Program-made: the position numbers and the translations under genes
Assembly (NCBI GenBank): GCA_964513485.1
Contig: CAZENJ010000007.1
Span: 1-34,139 of the forward strand
DNA: 34,139 nucleotides
Source of the DNA: an uncultured Thermotogae bacterium
GTDB taxonomy: Bacteria > Bipolaricaulota > Bipolaricaulia > M55B111
Direction of reading: 5' to 3'
Notes under the pieces: model-generated
What the model was told of the DNA's origin: nothing
The model's input: the letters and a program-made list of their open reading frames with translations, nothing else
The model's database searches: none
In this document: piece by piece, positions 8,592 through 16,363 of the stretch
How positions within the stretch are numbered: position 1 is the first letter of the stretch
How the letters are laid out: each line of letters opens with the position of its first letter

Positions 8592-10427
8592 ATGGAAGGT
8601 TACTTCGGTCGCTATCTTGACGTTTCCCTGACGGAGGGAGAGATAACCGATTACGAGATTCCGCGCGAGTGGCTGGAAAAGTTTCTCGGCGGCAGGGGAA
8701 TCGGAGCGAGAATACTGTTCGAAGAGCTTGATTCCGGCGTGGATCCGCTTGGCCCCGAGAACATCGTGGTCTTTGCTACCGGACCGCTGCAGGGCCTGAA
8801 TATCGCGGGCGCCGGACGGCACGCGGTAATGGCCAAATCCCCGAAGACGAATTCCGTAAACGGTTCCTACGTCGGTGGTTTTTTCGGTCAGGAACTGGGT
8901 AAATCCGGTTACGACGGGTTGATTGTCAGGGGAGCCGCCGACTCGCCGAAATACCTGGTTCTTAAAGACGGTGAGGCGGAGATCAAGTCGGCCGATGATT
9001 ACTGGGGTCGGGATACCGCGGACTTCGAGGCAGAGATCAAGGAAACCGAAGGGGACGACGTCAGAGTCGCATCTATCGGGAAGGCCGGCGAGAACCTTGT
9101 CAATTTTGCCTGCATAATCCAGGACAGGAATAGAGCGGCCGGTAGGCCCGGTCTGGGCGCCGTGCTCGGAAGCAAAAAGCTAAAAGGTATTGCCGTGGCC
9201 GGCTCCGATAAGAAAGAGCTGGCGGATCCGGAAGAACTCGGGAGCCTCAGGGCCCAGTTTGCCCGGAAACTGGCGGAGACAAAAGGGGACTCGCTGGGAA
9301 AGTACGGCACCGGGAGAGGGGTAAACGGCTTGAACGAATCCGGAATACTGCCGACGAAAAATTTCCAGTCGGGCTATTTTCCCGAAGCGGAAGAGATAAG
9401 CGGCGAAAGGATGACGGAAACTATCCTGCAGGAACGGGACACCTGCAGTGGCTGCCCGATCAGGTGCAAGCGGGTGGTCGAGACGGAATTCGACGGCGAG
9501 AAGGTCAGACCGGAATACGGCGGACCCGAGTACGAGACGATTGCGGCGTTCGGTTCACTCTGTCTGAACTCGGATCTCGATGCCATTGCCCTGGCAAACC
9601 AGAAATGTAACAGGTACGGGCTGGATACCATTTCAACCGGTAATACTATTGCCTTTGCCATGGAAGCCAGTGAAAAAGGTCTCCTGGATGAAGAAGTAAA
9701 CTGGGGCGATCCCGGGGTAATTATCGAACTGGTCGAACGGATCGCCGGCCGGAAAGGACTGGGAAAGAAACTGGCGAAAGGGATAGCAAAGCTGAAGGAG
9801 GAGCTTGGCGCGGACTTCGCCGTTGAGATAAAGGGCCAGGAGGTCCCGATGCACGAGCCCCGGGGCAAAAAGGCTCTGGGTCTCAGCTATGCCACGACTC
9901 CAAGGGGTGCGAACCACATGGAAGGTGCCCATGATACCACCCTGGAGGAGGAACCTCTGGCCCCGGAAATCGGCGTTACCGAAACCATGGACAGGTACAG
10001 TTATCGGGGGAAAGCACGAGTGGCGAAGATATTCGAGGACCTCAGGTCTTTCAATAATTCGCTCGTTATGTGTGCCTTTACCACGGACATGGCGGGGGAA
10101 AATTACGCTTTCGGAACAATGAGGGATATCCTGGAATCCGTGACCGGAAGAAAGTTATCATCGGAGGAGATGCTGGAAATAGGTGAGAGAAACTACGTTT
10201 TGCTGAGGCTTCTGGCGGTAAGAGAAGGTTACTCCGCCGGAGAAGACGACCTGCCCCGGAGGTTAAAGGAGCCGCTTTCCGGGGGCGTCACCGAGGGCGA
10301 GGCCATACCTCAGGAAGAGTTCGACAAAATGCTATCTGATTATTACGAGGCAAGGGGTTATGGCGCGAACGGAGTACCGAAGGGGGAACTTCTGGAGAAG
10401 CTGGATTTGGCAAAACTGAAAGCGTGA
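8592..10427 (+). CDS. aor: Aldehyde:ferredoxin oxidoreductase, tungstopterin family
   Basis: 611 aa. N-terminal ...LDVSLTEGEI..YEIP..W...FLGGRGIGARIL, Fe-S/pterin ligand region ERDTCSGCPIRCKR, and EYETIAAFGSLC are hallmarks of the AOR family. G-rich RBS. Confidence 0.9.
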   Translation: MEGYFGRYLDVSLTEGEITDYEIPREWLEKFLGGRGIGARILFEELDSGVDPLGPENIVVFATGPLQGLNIAGAGRHAVMAKSPKTNSVNGSYVGGFFGQELGKSGYDGLIVRGAADSPKYLVLKDGEAEIKSADDYWGRDTADFEAEIKETEGDDVRVASIGKAGENLVNFACIIQDRNRAAGRPGLGAVLGSKKLKGIAVAGSDKKELADPEELGSLRAQFARKLAETKGDSLGKYGTGRGVNGLNESGILPTKNFQSGYFPEAEEISGERMTETILQERDTCSGCPIRCKRVVETEFDGEKVRPEYGGPEYETIAAFGSLCLNSDLDAIALANQKCNRYGLDTISTGNTIAFAMEASEKGLLDEEVNWGDPGVIIELVERIAGRKGLGKKLAKGIAKLKEELGADFAVEIKGQEVPMHEPRGKKALGLSYATTPRGANHMEGAHDTTLEEEPLAPEIGVTETMDRYSYRGKARVAKIFEDLRSFNNSLVMCAFTTDMAGENYAFGTMRDILESVTGRKLSSEEMLEIGERNYVLLRLLAVREGYSAGEDDLPRRLKEPLSGGVTEGEAIPQEEFDKMLSDYYEARGYGANGVPKGELLEKLDLAKLKA

Positions 10428-10532
10428 ATGTACATCCAAGCAGAAACTGGTCTTATTAAATTGACTATTGGAATGGTTTGATATAGAATCCAATTAGAAG
10501 GAATTTATTATTCTTAAAGGGGGTGAAGTATT

Positions 10533-11459
10533 ATGGATAGTCTAAAAAGAAGCGGTTCGGGTATCGTAATTATTTCTCTCTTATTGCTTCTGAGCTTTTC
10601 CCTGGCGGTTTTCGGGGCAGCGGAAGAAGAGTGCTGTATTTACATGGAGAAGCCCGATTGCCCGCCTCGCTACACGTCTTTCAGGCCATCTACGGATATC
10701 TACGATGAAGGGGAAACCGTCAAACTGACGCTCTACGGTCTGAATGACGAGTACAAGATGGAACGAATAGAGATAGAAGGAGTCGGGCCGCGCGGAGAAG
10801 TCGTTTACAGCGAGGAAATCAATCAGAATATCACTCCGGACGTCTCTAAGTGGAGCTGGAGCTGGAACCAGATAGGTAGCTCCGGGGAACAGGTAGAAAC
10901 CGGACATTATTTTGCTATTCTGGAGACGCAGTGCTGTGGTTATTACAGGACTGACTTCAGGATTCAGAGAAAAGTCCGGATTCCCAGGTGCTCCTGCTGT
11001 TGCGGTAGTTATTACATGGACCTCGACACGACCTGCAATCGTTACAGCCCCGGAGAAGACATCACGGTAAGCTTTTCAAACTGCAATGGTTGCGGACTGG
11101 TCTTTGAGAGGCTCTATGTCGAAAGGGAAGAACGGTGTTGTGGCAGTGAAGTCGTTTTCAGCCGCGAATTTACTGACGGTTTTCAGCCGGGACGTGACTG
11201 GAGCTGGATCTGGAGCCAGCAGAATAATAGCGGAAATCAGGTCGGCCCCGGTCAATACACGGTATATATCGAAACGCGTTGCTGCGGCACTTTGAGCACG
11301 AGCTTCAATATTTACGAGAGAAGCTGCTGTCAGCGCACCTGCTGCCGAAGCAGTTACTGTGGTGAGAGGAGGAGTTGCTATAATAGGGGGAGCCGCTGCT
11401 GTGGCTCCGGCTTCTGGCCTTTCTTTCTAGGATCTTGCTGCAATAACTGTTGTAATTAG
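10533..11459 (+). CDS. Secreted cysteine-rich protein of unknown function: signal peptide, two tandem beta-sandwich-like repeats, then a Cys-rich C-terminal tail
   Basis: Good RBS (AAGGGGG). N-terminal signal peptide (K/R then IVIISLLLLLSFSLAVFGAA). Internal duplication, residues about 34-144 versus 155-260. 28 Cys in 308 aa. I recognise no family. Confidence 0.8.
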   Translation: MDSLKRSGSGIVIISLLLLLSFSLAVFGAAEEECCIYMEKPDCPPRYTSFRPSTDIYDEGETVKLTLYGLNDEYKMERIEIEGVGPRGEVVYSEEINQNITPDVSKWSWSWNQIGSSGEQVETGHYFAILETQCCGYYRTDFRIQRKVRIPRCSCCCGSYYMDLDTTCNRYSPGEDITVSFSNCNGCGLVFERLYVEREERCCGSEVVFSREFTDGFQPGRDWSWIWSQQNNSGNQVGPGQYTVYIETRCCGTLSTSFNIYERSCCQRTCCRSSYCGERRSCYNRGSRCCGSGFWPFFLGSCCNNCCN

Positions 11460-11539
11460 AGGATCAAAATAACTTCCGGTGGAGGAAATCACCCGAGCTC
11501 CTTCACCGGAAGCTCATGTAGAGCCATCCCAATCCGAAC

Positions 11540-11574
11540 TCCCGGTGGACGATCCGGGATTAATCTTTCTTTCT
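11540..11574 (+). terminator. Candidate intrinsic terminator downstream of the Cys-rich gene
   Basis: TCCCGG (11540-11545) / CCGGGA (11554-11559) 6-bp GC-rich stem with an 8-nt loop, followed by T-rich TTAATCTTTCTTTCT. A larger hairpin (CTTCCGGTG 11473-11481 / CACCGGAAG 11504-11512) lies just upstream. Confidence 0.35.
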
Positions 11575-11673
11575 ACCCGGGGCAACTTCCCGTAATCCCC
11601 GGTATTCCTCTTTTCTACCTGCGGTTCCTTTATCGGGATCGAGTTTAAGACTATAATAATTCGAGGTGATTTT

Positions 11674-12579
11674 ATGAGAATTTTCGTCGATACGGCGGAG
11701 CTGGATGAGATAAAAGAAGCCAATTCCTGGGGGATTCTGGACGGAGTAACTACGAATCCTTCTCTGATAAAGAAGGCGGTTGAAAACAGACAGGACGTGG
11801 ACATGAGAGAATACATCGGAGAGATCTGTAAAACCGTCGCCGGCCCGATTAGCCTCGAAGTGATTGGTTTAACTGCGGAAGAGATGGTCGAGCAGGGGCA
11901 ATTCCTGTACGAGGAATTCAACCCGGTTAACGACAACGTCGTCGTAAAAATTCCGGTGAACACGAATTCCCCCGAAAGCTCCGGCGGGGATTACGAAGGG
12001 CTGAAGGCTCTGAACGAACTATCCGAGAGGGGAATACCTACCAATGCGACGCTGATCATGAAACCGGAACAGGCTTTGCTCGCCGCAAAAGCCGGAACGC
12101 AGTACGTCAGTCCTTTTGCCGGCCGGATAGACGATTTCATCAGGTCGAAAGTCGGACTGACCCGGGGGGAAGATTATCCGAAAAGTGCCTACCACGATTC
12201 CGACTGGTTGAGGCATAGTTCCTACCTCCACTTGAAACCGCAATACGAGTACCTCGAGGGAGAAGACCTTGATGAGGTCTTCTCCGACGATGAGGTAGCG
12301 GAGGTAAGGGAAAAAACGAGTGACGCTGGCGTTTCCAGCGGCGCGGAGGCGGTCGCGTCGATCAAGCAAATTTTCAGCAATTACGAGTTCGAAACGGAGG
12401 TTCTAGCGGCCAGCCTGAGGAACTCCCGGCAGGTCAGGGAAGTAGCCGAGGCCGGTGCAGACGTCGCCACTATTCCGTTTCAGGTGTTGCAGGAGATGTT
12501 GGGTCACCACAAGACGGAACAGGGGATAATCGGCTTCAGCGAGGACGTCGTGGCCGAATACGAGGGGCTTTTCGGGTGA
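11674..12579 (+). CDS. tal: Transaldolase / fructose-6-phosphate aldolase family (short Tal/FSA class) carrying a large internal insertion
   Basis: MRIFVDTAELDEIKEA..WGILDGVTTNPSL, Schiff-base lysine context VVVKIP, ATLIM...QALLAAKAGTQYVSPFAGRIDD. 301 aa, against about 215 aa typical of this class. Confidence 0.85.
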   Translation: MRIFVDTAELDEIKEANSWGILDGVTTNPSLIKKAVENRQDVDMREYIGEICKTVAGPISLEVIGLTAEEMVEQGQFLYEEFNPVNDNVVVKIPVNTNSPESSGGDYEGLKALNELSERGIPTNATLIMKPEQALLAAKAGTQYVSPFAGRIDDFIRSKVGLTRGEDYPKSAYHDSDWLRHSSYLHLKPQYEYLEGEDLDEVFSDDEVAEVREKTSDAGVSSGAEAVASIKQIFSNYEFETEVLAASLRNSRQVREVAEAGADVATIPFQVLQEMLGHHKTEQGIIGFSEDVVAEYEGLFG

Positions 12580-12616
12580 AGAGCGGTTAGCGACAGTCTC
12601 GTAACTGACCACCCGG

Positions 12617-13975
12617 TCAAAGGACCAATCCGATGCGGAGGTCGTTTACGTTCGTTCCCGTGGGGCCGGTGATGATTGTCCCGTTCAGCTCTGTTAAGCC
12701 GCGGGACGACTCGTGATCCCGGAGGCGAGAGGCGACCTTCTTCCGATTAAGCTCTTCGGAACCGGCGAGTAAACCACCGGCAATCTCCGTGCTACCGTCC
12801 TCTCCGTCGGAATCTATCGCTCCAACTGCAACATCGGTCAAACCGGAAATTTCCAGACCCGCCGCGAGCGTGAATTCCTGGTTTGGCCCGCCGCCGCCGA
12901 GGCCGGAGTTGAGGCTGACCGTCGTTTCTCCCCCGGAAAGAATTAGACCCGGCTTTTCCAGCGGATGTCCCTCTTCCCGGACGGAACGCGCCAGCTGGCC
13001 GAGCGTCTGGCCGGTATATCTGCTTTCCCCCTCCAGCCTGGAAGAAAGGATGTGGGAGTTCAATCCGTTCTCCTCGCCCCGTTGAGCCATTTGTCTGAGC
13101 GCGGTCTTATTGCTGGCAACTATCTGATTTTCCAATCTGAAGTCCAGAAATTCGTCCTTCCTGACCGGTTCGGAAGATTTATCACCGGCGGTCAGCGACT
13201 TTTTGATCGTGGGCAGGCCCGAGAGTATACCGTAATCTTCGAGAATAGCCAGTGCCTCTTCGGGACGTGATTCTTCCGGAACGGTCGGACCGGAAGCGAT
13301 GGTGCTCAGGTCGTCCCCGACCACGTCGGACATGATCAAGCTCAGAGTCTTTGCGGGATGAATTGCCCGGGCGAGTCTGCCCCCTTTGATTCGGGAGAGG
13401 TTCTTCCGCACGACGTTGATCTCCGAAATCGTGGCCCCGGAAGAAAGCAGACGTTGCGTCAGTTCGGCGAATTCCTCGAAATCCACCCCCTCTCTGGGAA
13501 GAGATAGCAGTGAGGAACCTCCGCCGGATATTAGGGCTATTACCAGGTCACGCTCCCCGGTGCCCCGGGCAAGTTCCAGTAAATTCTCGGCGGCCGCGAG
13601 GCCGTCACGATCCGGAATCGGGTGAGCCCCCCGGGCCAGGCTTATTCGTTCCAGCTCGTTTTCTGCGACCTCGTTTTTGGTAATAACCAGCCCGTCGGTA
13701 ATCCTGTCCCCGAGGGCGGCTTCTGTGGCTTTTGCCATTCCGTAACCGGCTTTTCCCGCTCCGATTACGATAATTCGCTTCAGCTCTTTTAGGTCTATCT
13801 CCGCGTCGCCGGCAACGAGGCGATTACCTTCCAGCTTCAGGTGGGATTCTATTACGCGATCGGGAAGGACGGAGTTTATCCCGGCCTCGAAGAGGTCCAG
13901 AGCCCTTCTTTTTGCCTCTCCGGAGGCCCCGACTATTATTTCCTCTCTGTTTTTGATTTCGATAAGATCTGTCAT
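12617..13975 (-). CDS. Glycerate 2-kinase / hydroxypyruvate reductase-like protein (DUF4147 + MOFRL domains)
   Basis: 452 aa. IIVIGAGKAGYGMA N-terminal Rossmann-like motif, LISGGGSSLL, C-terminal LSGGETTV...GGGGPNQE and GTDGxDG-like DSDGEDGSTE. Typical of the TtuD/GckA family. Confidence 0.8.
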   Translation of the reverse strand: MTDLIEIKNREEIIVGASGEAKRRALDLFEAGINSVLPDRVIESHLKLEGNRLVAGDAEIDLKELKRIIVIGAGKAGYGMAKATEAALGDRITDGLVITKNEVAENELERISLARGAHPIPDRDGLAAAENLLELARGTGERDLVIALISGGGSSLLSLPREGVDFEEFAELTQRLLSSGATISEINVVRKNLSRIKGGRLARAIHPAKTLSLIMSDVVGDDLSTIASGPTVPEESRPEEALAILEDYGILSGLPTIKKSLTAGDKSSEPVRKDEFLDFRLENQIVASNKTALRQMAQRGEENGLNSHILSSRLEGESRYTGQTLGQLARSVREEGHPLEKPGLILSGGETTVSLNSGLGGGGPNQEFTLAAGLEISGLTDVAVGAIDSDGEDGSTEIAGGLLAGSEELNRKKVASRLRDHESSRGLTELNGTIITGPTGTNVNDLRIGLVL

Positions 13976-14226
13976 TGTAGATTACCTTGATTATACGGTG
14001 GGTTTACTCCCTTTCGAAGTCCGATTCGGGTATATTAATTCCAGGTTCTTGGTTTCAAAATATTTATCCCCAATTCATCTTAATATCGTGAAATGTGAAA
14101 GAAAAACAAGTAATCCTCGCCATATAAGTACAACCTGCTCGATCCTTAAATTTCTTTAAATTTCCTTCCGTCCTGGAGATTTTCCCCTGTGATTTGCTAG
14201 CTTTTGCTTTCACGTTCGATAAAACC

Positions 14227-14259
14227 GCAGGTAATTCCCCCTGCGTGGGAATTACCTGC
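14227..14259. other. Perfect 13-bp inverted repeat (stem-loop) inside a 550-bp intergenic region
   Basis: GCAGGTAATTCCC (14227-14239), 7-nt spacer CCTGCGT, GGGAATTACCTGC (14247-14259), verified base by base. No T-run follows on the + strand. On the - strand it is followed by GGTTTTAT. Confidence 0.5.
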
Positions 14260-14429
14260 TTCCGATCTCGGCCTCCGATAGGATTTTCCTGAACGGGAAG
14301 CAAAATCTAGCATTTTATAGATAAGTAGATTGTTCCCATTCCTATTGGGGAGTATTGAGCCGGAATAGTGCACAAGCCTGAGTCCTGTTTGTAATCCGAG
14401 GGAAAGGAAATTACACTTCCAGTGGGTTA

Positions 14430-14444
14430 ATTTGCAAATGCAAA
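14430..14444. promoter_or_regulatory. Candidate operator: palindrome ATTTGCAAAT overlapping a tandem TGCAAA TGCAAA
   Basis: ATTTGCAAAT (14430-14439) is self-complementary. TGCAAA repeats at 14433-14438 and 14439-14444. About 95 nt upstream of the 14535 start codon. No binding protein is known. Confidence 0.25.
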
Positions 14445-14534
14445 TAACGTTGCTTACCCTGTTCGTTCCGCTCCGAAACGAGGCCAGAGGGAATCGGGAT
14501 TGAAACATCGGGTAAGGAACAGGAGGTGAGGCAG

Positions 14535-15362
14535 ATGAAACTGACGGTACTGCTGTTAACGGGAGTAGTTGTCCTATCGTTGTTTCAGGCCGCTGCCGCG
14601 GGGAGCTCGGATGAGAAAAGTCGGGTCGTACCGCCGGAGCAGATGGACCTGACCGTGGTATACGACAACTACGGTTTTCAGCCGGCACTGGGGACTGCCT
14701 GGGGCTTTTCCTGTCTCGTGGAAGGTCTCCCGGAGACGATACTCTTCGATACCGGCGGAAACGGCGAGCTGTTGCTCGCCAACATGAATGAGCTCCGAAC
14801 CAGGCCGGAGGATATTGATATCTTGGTCCTCTCTCATATCCACGGCGATCACACCGGCGGGCTGGAGGAATTGTTGAAAGAGATGGACGACGGCGTCGTC
14901 TACACCCCCTATTCCTTTCCGGCCAGTTTCCGGCGGAAGATAGAAAGAGCCGGCCTGGCGGCGGAGGACGTAAAAAACGGGATTGAATTCTGCCCCGGTG
15001 CCCGTTCCACCGGTGTCATGGGCGCGGGGATAAAGGAACAGGCTTTGGTTCTGGATTCTCCCCGGGGAGCCGTGCTGATTACAGGTTGCGCTCATCCCGG
15101 AATCGTAAACATGTTGGAACGCGCCGCCGAAATTACGGACGATAGAGTATATCTCGTCCTGGGCGGGTTTCACCTCGCCTCGGCGGGCTCGGGCAGGATC
15201 AAGGAGATCGTCGAGAGTTTTCGGGAACTTGGAGTGGAAAAAGTCGCCCCGTGCCATTGTTCCGGGGATCGGACGAGAGAGCTTTTCCGCGAAGCTTACG
15301 GTACGGACTTTATCGCCGCGGGCGCTGGAAAAGTGGTAGAAATAAAGGAGGTCAGTAAATAG
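14535..15362 (+). CDS. Metallo-beta-lactamase-fold protein (COG1237-like) with N-terminal signal peptide
   Basis: HIHGDHTGG metal motif, later GCAHPG and CHCSG. N-terminus MKLTVLLLTGVVVLSLFQAAAAG looks like a cleavable signal peptide. ATG at 14535 has AGGAGG 8 nt upstream, whereas the GTG at 14526 overlaps that RBS. Confidence 0.75.
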   Translation: MKLTVLLLTGVVVLSLFQAAAAGSSDEKSRVVPPEQMDLTVVYDNYGFQPALGTAWGFSCLVEGLPETILFDTGGNGELLLANMNELRTRPEDIDILVLSHIHGDHTGGLEELLKEMDDGVVYTPYSFPASFRRKIERAGLAAEDVKNGIEFCPGARSTGVMGAGIKEQALVLDSPRGAVLITGCAHPGIVNMLERAAEITDDRVYLVLGGFHLASAGSGRIKEIVESFRELGVEKVAPCHCSGDRTRELFREAYGTDFIAAGAGKVVEIKEVSK

Positions 15363-15368
15363 CTGCAA

Positions 15369-16109
15369 ATGATAGTCGAAAGTCTGCTGGATTCGGTGGA
15401 AGCAAAGCTGGAGAAGCGAACTGTAAAGAGGGCGGTGCTGGGTCTGGGTTACACCGGCGTGGAGCTGGACGACGGTTCCTGTGGCCTGGCGGCAACCCTC
15501 CGCTGGGAGGCCCCGGGTTGCTGCAGTCTGGTCGAAGGTGCCGGGGAGCTGGACGGAAGGAGTGCGCTCGAACTGGCCCGGGAGGCCGGTTCGGCCAGGG
15601 TTCTGCGCTCCTCCCTCGGGTTAGCGACGCTTAACGCAGTGATAAATAATTCCGGCGAGAGCAATACGGTTTCGCCGCTGGAGGCGCTCGATCCGGGCCC
15701 CGGAGACAGCGTCGGAATGGTCGGATATTTTGGCCCGCTGATAGAGAAAATCGGGGAGAAGGCCGATGAGTTCTACGTCTTCGAACGAAGGCCTTCCGAC
15801 GAGGAATTCGTCTACCCGGACTGGGCGGCGGATCAGCTACTCCCGGAGTGCGATAAAGTAATAATTTCCGGTACGACCCTGATAAACAAGACGATGGAGG
15901 GGCTGCTCAAACGCTGCCGGGGAGAAGTCGGAATATTGGGACCTTCGACGCCGCTTTCTCCGGTGTTAGCAGATTATGGCGTCGACTACCTCTTTGGTTC
16001 TGTCGTGGTCGACCCGGAGAGAGTCCTGAAAATTATCGCTCAGGGAGGGGGTACCCGGACTTTCGGGGACGGAGTAAGGAAGATAAATCTGGAACTGTCC
16101 CGAGAATAG
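15369..16109 (+). CDS. DUF4213/DUF364 family protein (Rossmann-like, putative metal-chelation domain)
   Basis: 246 aa. AVLGLGYTGVELDDGSCGLA..., GLATLNAV, VGMVGYFGPL, ISGTTLINKT. This pattern matches the DUF364 family as I remember it. Function is uncharacterised. Confidence 0.65.
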   Translation: MIVESLLDSVEAKLEKRTVKRAVLGLGYTGVELDDGSCGLAATLRWEAPGCCSLVEGAGELDGRSALELAREAGSARVLRSSLGLATLNAVINNSGESNTVSPLEALDPGPGDSVGMVGYFGPLIEKIGEKADEFYVFERRPSDEEFVYPDWAADQLLPECDKVIISGTTLINKTMEGLLKRCRGEVGILGPSTPLSPVLADYGVDYLFGSVVVDPERVLKIIAQGGGTRTFGDGVRKINLELSRE

Positions 16110-16363
16110 CGGAGCACCCGAAGTTACCCGGTGTTCCGAGTCGAATAGCAGCCGAGGGGGGCCGGGTTGCTGGCCCGGACCACTTGTGGAAAAAGGGCCT
16201 GAGAGTTAAAATCTCTTAAAATTCTCGAAGCCGACGGTCGAACTTTCTTGTTCTGGAAAGCTCCGGTCGGGCTCGTACGTTTCTCTGTCAAAAATATTTT
16301 TCTCGAGAGTTGTCCTGAAGTCGAGACAACGGAACGAAACTTTTTTAATAAGGTGGGTCGAAG

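Noticed and set aside
10650-10670. Possible sulfatase-type formylglycine motif (C-x-P-x-R) in the Cys-rich protein, at DCPPRY.
   Set aside because: The spacing is C-P-P-R, with Arg at position +3 rather than +4, so it does not match C/S-x-P-x-R. It therefore does not support the protein being the AnSME substrate.
11514-11963. 149-aa minus-strand ORF spanning the Cys-rich/transaldolase intergenic region and the tal start.
   Set aside because: It is antisense to the well-supported transaldolase N-terminus, has Ser/Thr/Ile-rich low-complexity composition, and has no RBS.
14160-14520. Possible known riboswitch (cobalamin, TPP or Moco) in the long leader.
   Set aside because: I looked for the B12 box (GCCACTG) and found only CCACTGG, on the minus strand and without flanking consensus. 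I also looked for the TPP CTGAGA...ACCTGATCTGGATAATGCCAGCG core; CCTGAG is present but the rest is not. For Moco, GCCTCCGA resembles what I recall, but I cannot reproduce the consensus reliably. No class can be assigned without a covariance-model search.
14197-14688. 163-aa minus-strand ORF (and the 79-aa ORF at 14064-14303) filling the long intergenic region.
   Set aside because: Pro/Ser/Arg-rich with no RBS. It would overlap the start and signal peptide of the MBL gene on the other strand. The region is better explained as non-coding regulatory or structured RNA.
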